From Mariniblastus sp. (GTDB taxonomy: Bacteria > Planctomycetota > Planctomycetia > Pirellulales > Pirellulaceae): a DNA stretch of 64,000 bases. Every line of letters starts with the position of its first letter. The stretch's first letter is position 1. Below the pieces are notes generated by a model that was not told where the DNA came from, ran no database searches, and saw nothing but the letters and a program-made list of their open reading frames with translations. Positions 1 through 10,268 of the stretch are shown here, one piece after another. The position numbers and the translations under genes were made by a program. Location: the NCBI GenBank assembly GCA_028823415.1, contig JAPKBL010000016.1:2062-66061 (forward strand), in the 5' to 3' direction.

Positions 1-1095
1 ATAGCAAACGACCGCCTGCCCCGGAGCGACACCGTTTTGCGGCTCCTCGAAATCAATTTTTAATCGAGAATCGGGAAGTCTCTCCGCCGTCGCCGCATGA
101 GCCCGACTGTTGTACCGGATTTGCGCGAGGCATTGGAACGGCCCACTGGGAACCGAAGTCAGCCAGTTGGTCTTACTTGCCGTGAGGCTTTGCCGACCCA
201 ACTCAGCTAACGAACCGATCACGACCTGCTTTTGAAGGGGGTCAATTCGGACCACAAAATAGGGTTCACCCATGGCAACCCCCAGCCCTTTACGTTGCCC
301 AATCGTGAACCGCTCGATTCCGGGGTGGTTTCCCACAACCGTCCCATCGGTCGTGACGATCTCGCCCGCCAAAGCGCCGCCGTGCTCGTCGACAACGTCG
401 CCTCGCCGTTGGCGCACAAATTCATCATGCTTCCCCGATGTGACAAAACAAATCTCTTGACTGTCTTTCTTCTCCGCCACATTAAGCCCGAGCGTTCCAG
501 CAATTTCTCGGATCACGGGCTTTTGAAACTGGCCAACGGGAAGCAGCATTCGCTCGAGAAATTTTGGTTTAATCCCAAACAGAACGTAAGACTGATCTTT
601 TCCCGGATCCACGCCCCGTAGCAACTTTAATTGGTCTTCCGCCCGCGCCAGCTGCGCGTAATGGCCCGTCGCTAAAAACTCCGCTCCCACGCTATCCGCG
701 TAATCAAACAACTTACCAAACTTGATTCGGTTGTTGCACATCACGCAGGGATTAGGCGTGCGACCGACGGTGTATTCGTCGACAAAGTAATCGATGATCC
801 CCCGAAATTCCTCTTCGAGATTCAGTGCGTAAAAGGGAATTCCCAATCGCTCGGCTACCCGGCGACCATCCTCTGCATCAGAAACACTGCAACACCCTTG
901 TTTGTGATCGGCGCGATTATTGAGAACCGGCAAGAGCGGCGAAGATTCCATTTTTCCGTCGATCGAACAAGCCTCAACCGCTTTTTCCCCATGCCTCATA
1001 AAGACACCGATCACCTCATGACCTTGCTCGATCAATAAGTGCGCAGCGACGCTTGAATCCACGCCTCCTGACATCGCTAGTACAACTCTTGCCAC
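1..1095 (-). CDS. mnmA: tRNA-specific 2-thiouridylase MnmA. The 3' end runs off the left edge of the window.
   Basis: The minus-strand frame is open from the window edge and reads (V)[20 protein letters not shown] (PP-loop SGGxDS), NPCVMCN and DQSYVLF. It is absent from the ORF track because no stop lies inside the window. The likely start is GTG at 1095, with an in-frame ATG at 1074. Confidence 0.9.
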   Translation of the reverse strand, partial: MARVVLAMSGGVDSSVAAHLLIEQGHEVIGVFMRHGEKAVEACSIDGKMESSPLLPVLNNRADHKQGCCSVSDAEDGRRVAERLGIPFYALNLEEEFRGIIDYFVDEYTVGRTPNPCVMCNNRIKFGKLFDYADSVGAEFLATGHYAQLARAEDQLKLLRGVDPGKDQSYVLFGIKPKFLERMLLPVGQFQKPVIREIAGTLGLNVAEKKDSQEICFVTSGKHDEFVRQRRGDVVDEHGGALAGEIVTTDGTVVGNHPGIERFTIGQRKGLGVAMGEPYFVVRIDPLQKQVVIGSLAELGRQSLTASKTNWLTSVPSGPFQCLAQIRYNSRAHAATAERLPDSRLKIDFEEPQNGVAPGQAVVCY

Positions 1096-1449
1096 CCTTA
1101 AGCCTTTTCTATTGGAAAACTCAAACGATCCACCAGAATTTCCAGCCCGAACCTACCCCTATCGCGCTCAGATACCGGAAAAATCAGCAGCCTGTCACAG
1201 ACAATGCCACAAGTCTAGAACCAACTGCAAGTATCGGCAACCTTCACCAAGTCTCCGTTTCACCTATCGGATTTCCCATTTGACCGGTATGATCCTGTCT
1301 CAATTTACTTCCGACCTTGGCAACCTTTCCAATTGCCGGCAGAGTCCCAAGTCAATCCGACGATTCACGCACCGGATTTAGCCATTTTGCTCGGCTTTCT
1401 TGGGACAAACCGCGGTCACGACCAGCAGCGTGAGTACAAAAGCAATTCC

Positions 1450-3273
1450 ATGACCCAACGTAAAGACATTCGAAACATCGTCATTATTGCCCACGTCGAT
1501 CACGGGAAAACGACTCTGGTCGATTGCCTTCTTCGTCAAAGCGGTCAATTTCGGGAATCGCAACTGCAAGGCGAACGCATTCTTGATTCGGGAGATATCG
1601 AAAAAGAACGTGGAATTACCATTCTCGCAAAGAACATTGCGCTGCCCTACAAGGGTGTCAAAATCAATATCATTGACACACCAGGCCACGCCGACTTTGG
1701 TGGCGAAGTCGAACGTGTGTTGAAAATGGCCGACGGCGCTTTGCTGCTCGTCGACGCCGCCGAAGGGCCAATGCCGCAGACTCGATTCGTGCTTGGCAAG
1801 GCACTCGAGGCAGGACTCAAGCCGATTGTTGTCGTTAACAAGGTTGATCGACCCGACGCAAGAACCGCCGAAGTGGTCGACGAGGCGATGGAGTTGATTC
1901 TTGAAATGGGTGGTGAAGAGTATCTCGATAACTTCCATTTCATTTACGCTTCGGCGAAAGAGGGGTTCGCAACGCATCAGGCCAACGTGTTCTCTGGAAA
2001 TATGGAACCTCTACTGGATCTTGTGCTCAAACAAGTGACCCCGCCGACGATTGAGCCAGGTAAATTCCGGATGGGTGTGACGACGATGGACTGGTCAGAA
2101 TTCGTCGGCCGGATTGCGGTCGGTAAAATTCACAGCGGTTGCATTAAAAAGGGTCAATCGGTCAACGTTATCGGCAGTGATGGAATTCCTCGTCAATGCA
2201 AAATTTCAACACTGAACTCATTCGACAAACTCGGTCGAATAGAAGTCGAACGGGCAGAGGCGGGCGAAGTCGTAGCGATCATAGGAATCGAAGATATCGA
2301 AATCGGAGATACGATTTGCGATCTCGAAGTCACCGAACCACTACCAAGAATTTCGGTTGACGAACCTACTCTGGAAATGGTCTTTTCAATTAACAGTTCA
2401 CCCTTGGTTGGCAAAGAAGGAAAATATGTCACGAGTCGCCAACTGCGGGAGCGGCTTACCAAAGAACTCGACCGCAACGTTGCACTCCGTGTCCGCCCGA
2501 TGGACAATGGTGATTCGTTTGCGGTGGCGGGACGCGGCATTTTGCATCTCGCCGTCTTAATTGAAATAATGAGACGCGAAGGATTTGAGTTATCCGTCGG
2601 AAAACCTAAAGTCGTGATCAAAGAAATCGATGGAAAAAAATACGAGCCTTTTGAGTCGCTTGTGGTCGAGGTGCCCACCGATAAATTCGGCCCCGTGATG
2701 GAAATGGTTGGAAATCGTCGTGGTGAGTTGCAGGAGATGACCGCCCGCGGTGAATTCACGCTTGCCAATTTTGTGATCCCATCGCGAGGCTTAATTGGGA
2801 TGCGCACAAAAATGCTCAACGCCACCCAGGGAACCGCGGTTATTAACCATCGGTTTTTAGAATTCCGCCTGCTCGAAGGAGAAATTGCCGCCCGACCCAA
2901 TGGCGTGATGATTTCGATGGTTCCCGGAAAAGCCGTGGGTTTCGCGTTATTCGGACTTCAGCAACGGGCCGAAATGTTCGTTTCGCCCGGCGACGATGTT
3001 TACGAAGGAATGATTGTCGGAGAAAATGCCCGCGCCAACGACCTTCCCGTCAACCCAACACGGGCAAAACAGTTGACGAATATTCGAGCAGCCGGCAGTG
3101 ATGAAAACATCTTACTGAAACCTGCGCGTCTGTTTTCGCTTGAGTCAGCACTTGAGTATGTCGAGGACGATGAATGGGTTGAAATCACTCCCGGTAATAT
3201 CCGTCTCCGAAAAATGCTACTCAAAGAATCAGATCGCAAACGCGCCAATCGAGCAACCGTGGCGAATAAGTAA
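1450..3273 (+). CDS. typA: Translational GTPase TypA/BipA
   Basis: The protein reads [25 protein letters not shown] (G1), [12 protein letters not shown] (G3) and NKVDR (G4). Length (607 aa) and C-terminal region are BipA-like. The ORF track starts at TTG 1333, but the family-typical N-terminus begins at ATG 1450. Confidence 0.95.
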   Translation: MTQRKDIRNIVIIAHVDHGKTTLVDCLLRQSGQFRESQLQGERILDSGDIEKERGITILAKNIALPYKGVKINIIDTPGHADFGGEVERVLKMADGALLLVDAAEGPMPQTRFVLGKALEAGLKPIVVVNKVDRPDARTAEVVDEAMELILEMGGEEYLDNFHFIYASAKEGFATHQANVFSGNMEPLLDLVLKQVTPPTIEPGKFRMGVTTMDWSEFVGRIAVGKIHSGCIKKGQSVNVIGSDGIPRQCKISTLNSFDKLGRIEVERAEAGEVVAIIGIEDIEIGDTICDLEVTEPLPRISVDEPTLEMVFSINSSPLVGKEGKYVTSRQLRERLTKELDRNVALRVRPMDNGDSFAVAGRGILHLAVLIEIMRREGFELSVGKPKVVIKEIDGKKYEPFESLVVEVPTDKFGPVMEMVGNRRGELQEMTARGEFTLANFVIPSRGLIGMRTKMLNATQGTAVINHRFLEFRLLEGEIAARPNGVMISMVPGKAVGFALFGLQQRAEMFVSPGDDVYEGMIVGENARANDLPVNPTRAKQLTNIRAAGSDENILLKPARLFSLESALEYVEDDEWVEITPGNIRLRKMLLKESDRKRANRATVANK

Positions 3274-3295
3274 ATCCGCCCCTGTGGAATTCCTC

Positions 3296-4117
3296 TCAGG
3301 ATTTCAACCAGGGGTTATCCCACGACTCGCATTGCAATAGATACTCTCCGTAAACCGGATTTTTTTCCGAATTGACTTCGAGCCACTGCATCGCATCTAA
3401 AACGAGTGACTGCTCTGCTTCGAGAGTGATTTCTCCACTCAAAACTTTTGTTCGCAGTAGTACGAAATACGTATCCAGAACATCGCAACGGCAATAGTCG
3501 TTGATCTTTCCCAACTCGCCCTTGTCGTAAAGCTCTTGGACCATGTGGCCCGCGATTCCCATCTTCCCGGGCTTGCCCAGCAAATTAGCCATCAGATTGA
3601 GGCCCCCGTTCAAACGGGACGCACCATAGTTCGTGACCACTTCTTGAAGATCAAAGTGAGCCGCCTGATTGTATCGGTTCCGTTTTTGATCGTAGGTTCT
3701 CGCCTTCAGATTGAACCAATCGGGGATCCCAATCCCAAATCGAAATGCCGATAATTCCATTAAGGGAATATCGAACGAGCGACCGTTAAAACTCACGAGT
3801 GTCGGCATCTGGTACGCCCGCCAGCCATCCCAAAAGTTCTTGGTGATAATGTGAGGACGAAATTCTGGCGGATCGAGTGTCACAATATCGATTATCTTCA
3901 AATCGATTCCGACTTTAATTACTGCAACCGAAACGGGCAGGTGATACGTGTACGGAATAAATTCGGAACCCGTCTGCTCAAGACGCTCACCACAATAAAC
4001 CTCGATCGCCTTCTCTGGAGTGTAATTCTCAGAGGGGTACCGCACTTTCGAAATCAAATTCCCATCGGCTACACTTTCGATGTCAAAAACGAGGTAGCTT
4101 ACGACTGGCGATGGCAT
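3296..4117 (-). CDS. Predicted 3'-5' exonuclease of the PolB-exonuclease-like family (DNA_pol_B_exo2 / COG3298 type)
   Basis: Motifs LVFDIESV (ExoI DxE), SFNGRSFDIPLM (ExoII) and YCRCDVLDTYFVLLR (ExoIII YxxxD) occur in the order and spacing typical of the standalone PolB-exo-like family. Confidence 0.75.
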   Translation of the reverse strand: MPSPVVSYLVFDIESVADGNLISKVRYPSENYTPEKAIEVYCGERLEQTGSEFIPYTYHLPVSVAVIKVGIDLKIIDIVTLDPPEFRPHIITKNFWDGWRAYQMPTLVSFNGRSFDIPLMELSAFRFGIGIPDWFNLKARTYDQKRNRYNQAAHFDLQEVVTNYGASRLNGGLNLMANLLGKPGKMGIAGHMVQELYDKGELGKINDYCRCDVLDTYFVLLRTKVLSGEITLEAEQSLVLDAMQWLEVNSEKNPVYGEYLLQCESWDNPWLKS

Positions 4118-4306
4118 AGAATAATTACTCGTTTGAGGGATCAGAAAGTCTCATCCTATCCCACCGGCGATTCCTTGAAAACTAAGGCGACGCATTAAGC
4201 TCAACAGCGGAACTCGTTTGAATCTGGATAACGTGGTAAATTTGTACCGATTCAACCCGAACTTATATTTTCTCTTATCGAATTTGACTATTTGACTGAC
4301 AAAAAC

Positions 4307-5536
4307 ATGAACCACCAAAGACTCCTTGAGCGATTCCTGCAATATGTCCAAATCGACTCCACTGCCGTCGAGGAAAGCGGGAACTACCCGAGCAGTCCCG
4401 GACAAATCGAAATCGGAAAACTGCTGGTCGAGCAAATGAAAACGATGGGCATTGTCGACGCGGTGCAGGATCAATGGGGCATCGTTTACGGCACCGTGAA
4501 GGGCAATCTCACCGACGCCCCGGTCGTCGCCTTCAACTCACACGTCGACACCTCCCCCGAAACATCGGGGAAAGGGGTGAAACCAAACGTGATCGAAAAT
4601 TTTGACGGGCAGGATGTTCGCTTGACAGGCGATCCGACCAAGACAATTTCTGCCATAAGCTGCCCGGAATTATCCGCTGCCAAAGGCAAAACAATTATCA
4701 CGACCGACGGCACCACGCTCCTCGGTGGCGACGATAAAGCGGGGGTCGCGATCATCATGGAACTGGCCAACTATCTCCTCGAACACCCGGAAATCGAACG
4801 TGGGGATGTTCGAATTTTCTTTACTTGCGATGAAGAAATCGGGCATGGCGTCGATCACGTAGATCTCGAAAAGGTCAACGCGACCGTGTGCTATAACTTT
4901 GACGGAGGAGGGCAAGGGGACATCGATGAAGAGACCTTTTCTGCCGACATGGCCGTCGTCACCTTTACGGGAGTGAACACCCACCCGGCCTATGGAAAAG
5001 ATAAAATGATCAACGCCAACCGCGCTGTTGGCCATTTCTTGGCGTCTCTTCCGCCTGAACTTTCGCCCGAGTGCACTGATGGGAGAGATGGGTTTCTTCA
5101 CCCTTACGTACTTGAAGGCGGAGTCGCCGAATCAACTCTCAAGGTGCTGATTCGCGATTTTGAGACCCCTAAACTCAATGACCATGCCGCAATCTTAGAA
5201 CAAGCCGCATCGCTTGTAGAATCAAAATGCCCGGGCATCCAAGTTGCCATTGAGATCGTGCAGCAGTACCGCAACATGGCGGACGGATTGGTCAATGAAC
5301 CGCGGGCCGTCAATTACGCTGTCGAAGCACACCAGGCGATTGGGCGTAATTTCAAACGAACCATCGTTCGAGGAGGAACCGACGGGTCGCGTCTGACAGA
5401 ACTTGGACTGCCGACGCCCAATCTCTCATCAGGCCAGCACAACATTCACTCGCCACTAGAATGGGCCTGCCTCGATGAAATGGTTGCTGCCGGCGAAGTC
5501 GGAATTGAAATCGTCAAACGCTGGGCGCGGGCCTGA
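4307..5536 (+). CDS. pepT: Peptidase T (tripeptide aminopeptidase, M20B)
   Basis: The N-terminus MNHQRLLERFLQYVQIDS is PepT-like. Metal and catalytic motifs NSHVDTSPE, GGDDKAGVAIIMELA and FTCDEEIGHG are present. The ORF track start is TTG 4292; ATG 4307 fits the family better. Confidence 0.9.
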   Translation: MNHQRLLERFLQYVQIDSTAVEESGNYPSSPGQIEIGKLLVEQMKTMGIVDAVQDQWGIVYGTVKGNLTDAPVVAFNSHVDTSPETSGKGVKPNVIENFDGQDVRLTGDPTKTISAISCPELSAAKGKTIITTDGTTLLGGDDKAGVAIIMELANYLLEHPEIERGDVRIFFTCDEEIGHGVDHVDLEKVNATVCYNFDGGGQGDIDEETFSADMAVVTFTGVNTHPAYGKDKMINANRAVGHFLASLPPELSPECTDGRDGFLHPYVLEGGVAESTLKVLIRDFETPKLNDHAAILEQAASLVESKCPGIQVAIEIVQQYRNMADGLVNEPRAVNYAVEAHQAIGRNFKRTIVRGGTDGSRLTELGLPTPNLSSGQHNIHSPLEWACLDEMVAAGEVGIEIVKRWARA

Positions 5537-5645
5537 ATCGTCGGGCCAATAGTTCAAGCTTCATGGAAATCGCTCAAACCGAGGGTTGTGAGCGCAATCA
5601 CACAAGTGCGGCACTGAAAATTTCTCGATTTTGGCCAAGCTAAAA

Positions 5646-5654
5646 TGCTATAAT
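5646..5654 (+). promoter_or_regulatory. Candidate extended -10 promoter element (TGcTATAAT) upstream of the PSCyt/DUF1553 gene
   Basis: The sequence atGCTATAATg has a TG dinucleotide one base upstream of a perfect TATAAT, about 70 nt before the 5724 start. No good -35 hexamer is seen. Confidence 0.25.
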
Positions 5655-5723
5655 GCAGCGTGCGGCAGGTAAAAAATCAGCCGCGTTTGTCCATCCGGAT
5701 TTAGACGGAACGATTTTGCGATC

Positions 5724-8543
5724 ATGCCTCGGTGTCACCCTCGACCATTGCTGCTTTGGATTGCCACGATCATGTTGGCGTTGGTGTCTATCCGTGCGCA
5801 CGCGAATGATGATACGTTCTCCAGTCAGCAGCTAGATTTTTTTGAAAATCGAATCCGTCCGCTATTAGTTCAACACTGTCTCGAGTGCCACGGCCCGGTC
5901 AAATCAGAAAACGGACTCCGCCTCGATTCTCGGGCAGCTATCTTAGCGGGGGGCGACAGTGGCTCTGCCGCCATCGTCGGAAAGCCCACGGGCAGCTTAG
6001 TCATTCAATCGGTAAGTCACTCAGGCGATTATGACATGCCTCCCAACAAAAAACTGGCCGATCAGGAAATCGCAGACCTGACGCAGTGGGTTGCCATGAG
6101 CCTTCCTTGGCCTGAAAAAAATGCCGAATTAAAAGAACTGACATCCATAGAAAAAATCGACGACCATCGCAGCCATCATTGGGCGTTTCAACCGGTAATC
6201 TCTCCACCCGTTCCGAAAGTCAATCAATTATCGAGTTCCGTTCTCGATCGATTCGTCCTCACCAAACTCGAAGCGAAAAATCTCAACCTTTCTCCGCGGG
6301 CTGATCGCCGCACGCTCATTCGACGAGCGACATTTGATCTGACAGGGTTACCCCCGACAGATGAACAGGTTCAGCAATTTATCAAAGACCCCGCTCCCGG
6401 TGCGTACGAAAAAGTAATCAACCGCCTACTCGCGTCGCCAGCCTACGGCGAGCGTTGGGCTCGGCATTGGATGGACGTGGCTCGGTATGCTGACACCAGT
6501 GGATACACTCTCGCCAACGCAGACAATCGCTATCCGTTCGCTTTCACCTACCGTGATTATGTGATCGACGCACTCAACCGTGATCTACCGTATGACGATT
6601 TCATTCGCGAACAATTAGCAGCGGACTATTTAGAAATCCCGGAGGATAAAAAATCACTTGCCGCACTTGGATTTATTACCGTGGGCCGAAAATATCTTGC
6701 CCGACCCGATACCATCGACGACCAAGTCGATGTCGTGACACGTGGACTAATGGGACTGACCGTGAGTTGCGCCCGCTGTCACGACCACAAATACGACGCC
6801 ATTCCGACAGAAGATTACTATTCGCTCTACAGCATTTTCAATAACAATGAAGTCCCCAAAGAACTTCCCTTGTTGGGATATCCCGACCAGCGAATTCGAT
6901 TCCAAGCCTATTTTGACTCGCTTAAAAAACAGAATCAGGAAATTAAAACCCTTCGAAAAAAACACCGCGCATCAAGTTTGAAACACATTCGCGGCCATTT
7001 CTCCGACTACATCGCCCATGTCATTGCCCCTGGCCAAGCCGACCTTATTGAATCCCAGCCATTCACAAAGCTAAAAAAAGAAGCAGTCCAGTCGAACATT
7101 ATCAAGCAATGGCGAAGCTTTTTCGCGAGGAACCGCAATGAACAAACGATTGTCAAACCAACGCTTACTTTACTAGCGATCCCCGATGGCCAATTCGCCT
7201 CGAAGACAAAACTTCAAATCGACGCGTGGGCGAAATCAGCTAACCACCAGATGATCGGGAAAGTTTACCTTCAACGGTTGATCGCACAGCCCCCTCGGGC
7301 AAAAATCGAACTCGCCAATCTTATCGGCCAGCTCTTTTCCGAGACCATCGAAAAGTGGCTCGAAGCCGGGTCTCCCCAGCCGCTCGTGGGGAAATTCCCA
7401 CCGCCCAATGACCGACTCGCCAAACTCGTCTTTGCCAAAAATTCACCCGCGAATTTCCCCTTAGAAGAATTAGACAATTACCTCGCCCTGGCCGCAAAAA
7501 ACGAAATCAAAAAACTAGACAGGGAAATCAAAAAACTCAACGCTAACGCGCCCGAGGGACTTGCGCGAGCCATGGTCATCCAAGACAAGACTAAGATTCG
7601 TGAAGGTCGGGTGATGATTCGTGGAAATCATCACCAGCAAGGCGATGTCGTTCCCCGTCAGTTCGTAGCTGTTTTGAGCCCACTGGAAAACGGAGAAAAC
7701 AAAAGAGCCCCTTTTAAAAACAAGAGCGGGCGACTCGAATTGGCGAATAAAATCGCTAGCGTCAACAATCCATTGACGGCGCGCGTTTTTGTCAACCGCG
7801 TCTGGATGCACCATTTTTCTAAACCCTTGGTAGATACACCCAGTGACTTTGGCATTCGTTGTGCGCCCCCGATTCAAAGCGAACTCTTGGATTATCTTGC
7901 CTGGGAATTCATGAACAATGACTGGTCAATCAAACAACTTCACAAGACCATCATGGTTTCAGATACTTACTGCCAATCCAGTCAAGATCGCCCGCAATGC
8001 AAAGAAGTTGACTCCGAAAATACTCTCCTTTGGAAAATGAACCGGCGGAGATTGGAATTTGAATCGCTTCGCGACTCAATGCTCGCGGTATCACAGCAAC
8101 TCGACCCCCGCATGCACGGCAAGCCAGAAAAATTATTCGGCCCCAGCCTGAGTCGACGAAAAACGATCTACGGCGAAATCGATCGCCAAAACTTACCCGG
8201 CATCTACCGTGTTTTTGACTTACCCAATCCAGATCAAAGCGCCGCAAAACGAATTCGCACCACCGTCCCACAACAATCGCTATTCATGATTAACTCGCCT
8301 TTCGTCATGGCCCAAGCAAATCACTTAATAAAGGCTGTCGTTAAAAACAACGAACCTCAAGCCGATAAAATTAAACAACTCTATCGAACACTTTTTCAGC
8401 GAGAGCCAACTTCGCTGGAAATGGAAGTCGGTTCTCAATACATTATGTCCGCTCAACAATCACACACCCCTGACAACCTCGCCCCTTGGGCGAGGTACGC
8501 ACAACTTCTGCTATGCACCAATGAATTTGAATTTATCGATTGA
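5724..8543 (+). CDS. PSCyt2 / DUF1549 / DUF1553 domain protein (planctomycete cytochrome-c-like domain protein), secreted
   Basis: There is an N-terminal signal-like segment LLLWIATIMLALVSIRAHA. Family markers are FFENRIRPLLVQHCLECHGP (CxxCH, PSCyt), LSPRADRRTLIRRATFDLTGLPPT and SCARCHDHKYD (DUF1549), and NPLTARVFVNRVWMHHF (DUF1553). Confidence 0.85.
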   Translation: MPRCHPRPLLLWIATIMLALVSIRAHANDDTFSSQQLDFFENRIRPLLVQHCLECHGPVKSENGLRLDSRAAILAGGDSGSAAIVGKPTGSLVIQSVSHSGDYDMPPNKKLADQEIADLTQWVAMSLPWPEKNAELKELTSIEKIDDHRSHHWAFQPVISPPVPKVNQLSSSVLDRFVLTKLEAKNLNLSPRADRRTLIRRATFDLTGLPPTDEQVQQFIKDPAPGAYEKVINRLLASPAYGERWARHWMDVARYADTSGYTLANADNRYPFAFTYRDYVIDALNRDLPYDDFIREQLAADYLEIPEDKKSLAALGFITVGRKYLARPDTIDDQVDVVTRGLMGLTVSCARCHDHKYDAIPTEDYYSLYSIFNNNEVPKELPLLGYPDQRIRFQAYFDSLKKQNQEIKTLRKKHRASSLKHIRGHFSDYIAHVIAPGQADLIESQPFTKLKKEAVQSNIIKQWRSFFARNRNEQTIVKPTLTLLAIPDGQFASKTKLQIDAWAKSANHQMIGKVYLQRLIAQPPRAKIELANLIGQLFSETIEKWLEAGSPQPLVGKFPPPNDRLAKLVFAKNSPANFPLEELDNYLALAAKNEIKKLDREIKKLNANAPEGLARAMVIQDKTKIREGRVMIRGNHHQQGDVVPRQFVAVLSPLENGENKRAPFKNKSGRLELANKIASVNNPLTARVFVNRVWMHHFSKPLVDTPSDFGIRCAPPIQSELLDYLAWEFMNNDWSIKQLHKTIMVSDTYCQSSQDRPQCKEVDSENTLLWKMNRRRLEFESLRDSMLAVSQQLDPRMHGKPEKLFGPSLSRRKTIYGEIDRQNLPGIYRVFDLPNPDQSAAKRIRTTVPQQSLFMINSPFVMAQANHLIKAVVKNNEPQADKIKQLYRTLFQREPTSLEMEVGSQYIMSAQQSHTPDNLAPWARYAQLLLCTNEFEFID

Positions 8544-8578
8544 GGTTTAAAAATGTGCCCGCGGAATAGGAATACTCA

Positions 8579-10033
8579 ATGATTCGAAGTGAGAAAAAAA
8601 ACGATTGCTCACTCAGTCGCCGCAGCCTGCTTAAGCGATGCGGCACAGGCTTAGCCACCTTTGGGCTTGCCGGACTCTTGCGCGATGACCGAATGCTACA
8701 CGCATCGACTTTGGGCACCGACCAAACACTGAATCCATTGCTTTCCAAACCGCCACACTTTCCCGGAAAAGCCAAACGCGTTATCCATCTTTTCATGAAT
8801 GGAGGGCCGTCCCACGTCGATACGTTCGACTACAAACCAGAATTGCAAAAACGAGACGGTCAAAAACTTCCAGTCAATCTGAAAACAGAGCGAAAAACTG
8901 GTGTTGCTCTCGCCTCCCCCTTCAAATTTAAACAATATGGAGAATCGGGGATCCATGTCAGCGAACTCTTCCACCATACAGCCCAACATATTGACGATAT
9001 CGCCGTTATCAATTCGATGCACGCCGACGTACCCAATCACGAACCCTCACTCTTATTGATGAATTGCGGCGAGTCGCGACTTGTCCGGCCAAGTATCGGT
9101 TCCTGGATTACCTACGGGTTGGGAACTGAAAATCAAAACCTCCCCGGCTACATTGCACTTTGCCCCGGCGGCTACCCGATTAAAGATACTCAAAACTGGC
9201 AGTCAGCATTTCTGCCAGGTGTGTTTCAAGGAACTCACGTCGATACAAAACACAAGTCCGTCGAAAAGCTCATTGAAAACGTTACCAATTTAAAATTAAC
9301 GCGCGACCAACAGCGTCAACAACTCAATACCCTGAATCGCTTGAACCAGATTCACCGAGAACAGGCCGGAACCGACCCGGCACTCGAAGCGAGAATTCAG
9401 TCCTACGAACTTGCCTTTCGGATGCAAATGGAAGCGACAGACGTTTTTGATGTTTCCAAAGAACCACAACATGTCCTCGATGCTTACGGGAAAGGAGTCA
9501 ATGCCAGACAGCTTCTCATCGCCCGAAGATTGGTTGAACGCGGGGTGCGTTACGTCCAAGTCTGGCATGGAAACGGGCAACCTTGGGATAACCACGACGA
9601 TCTTGAGGTCAATCATCGGCGACTCGCCGGAGAATGTGACCAGGGAATTGGCGCCCTTTTAAATGATCTAAAACAACGTGGGCTATTAGACGAGACACTA
9701 GTGATTTGGGGGGGAGAATTTGGCCGCACCCCCGTCGTCGAAATGCCCACTCCAGGATCCAATGCTGGCAAAATTAATGGTCGCGATCACAACCATCATG
9801 GATTCACCGTCTGGATGGCAGGCGGTGGAGTCAAAGGTGGACAGACCTATGGCGCCACCGACGAATTCGGTTTCAAAGCAACCGAAAATCCCGTTCACGT
9901 CCACGACCTGCATGCAACGATGCTCCAACTCCTCGGCTTTAATCACAAACAACTCACCTATCGATACGCTGGGCGGGACTTTCGATTGACGGACGTTCAC
10001 GGCAATGTCATTCACGATTTAATTGATAGCTAA
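8579..10033 (+). CDS. DUF1501 domain protein (sulfatase-fold) with a Tat-type signal
   Basis: A twin-arginine leader SRRSLLKRCGTGLATFGLAGL is followed by HLFMNGGPSHVDTFDYKP and GGEFGRTP...GRDHNHHGF, which are typical of DUF1501. It sits 35 nt downstream of its usual DUF1553 partner. Confidence 0.85.
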   Translation: MIRSEKKNDCSLSRRSLLKRCGTGLATFGLAGLLRDDRMLHASTLGTDQTLNPLLSKPPHFPGKAKRVIHLFMNGGPSHVDTFDYKPELQKRDGQKLPVNLKTERKTGVALASPFKFKQYGESGIHVSELFHHTAQHIDDIAVINSMHADVPNHEPSLLLMNCGESRLVRPSIGSWITYGLGTENQNLPGYIALCPGGYPIKDTQNWQSAFLPGVFQGTHVDTKHKSVEKLIENVTNLKLTRDQQRQQLNTLNRLNQIHREQAGTDPALEARIQSYELAFRMQMEATDVFDVSKEPQHVLDAYGKGVNARQLLIARRLVERGVRYVQVWHGNGQPWDNHDDLEVNHRRLAGECDQGIGALLNDLKQRGLLDETLVIWGGEFGRTPVVEMPTPGSNAGKINGRDHNHHGFTVWMAGGGVKGGQTYGATDEFGFKATENPVHVHDLHATMLQLLGFNHKQLTYRYAGRDFRLTDVHGNVIHDLIDS

Positions 10034-10046
10034 ATCCAATTAGCCC

Positions 10047-10073
10047 CAGTTTCGCTAGCATTTGGCGAAACTG
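10047..10073 (+). terminator. Perfect 9-bp hairpin just after the DUF1501 stop (candidate terminator, no U-tract)
   Basis: CAGTTTCGC-tagcatttg-GCGAAACTG begins 14 nt after the stop at 10033. No T-run follows, so its function is uncertain. Confidence 0.3.
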
Positions 10074-10268
10074 ACTCCAGCGGTATCCATTTCTACCCGC
10101 CTCAATCCCAGCCATCGCCCATCCGACAGGGGCCCCAATCTCGCAGTACGAGATTCATCTTTGTGATTTTGCAAGTGCAGCATAGAATTTTGGTCACTTG
10201 TAACCCAAGTCCCTCTCTGCATTTGCGCCCACGCAATGAGCGAGTGTACATGACGGCAAGGAAGCCCA

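Noticed and set aside
1378-2900. Long antisense ORFs inside typA (1378-1977 at 199 aa, 2193-2900 at 235 aa)
   Set aside because: They lie fully inside a gene with unmistakable TypA motifs on the other strand. Their translations are Ser/Arg/Pro-rich and low in complexity, as expected from antisense reading of a coding region.
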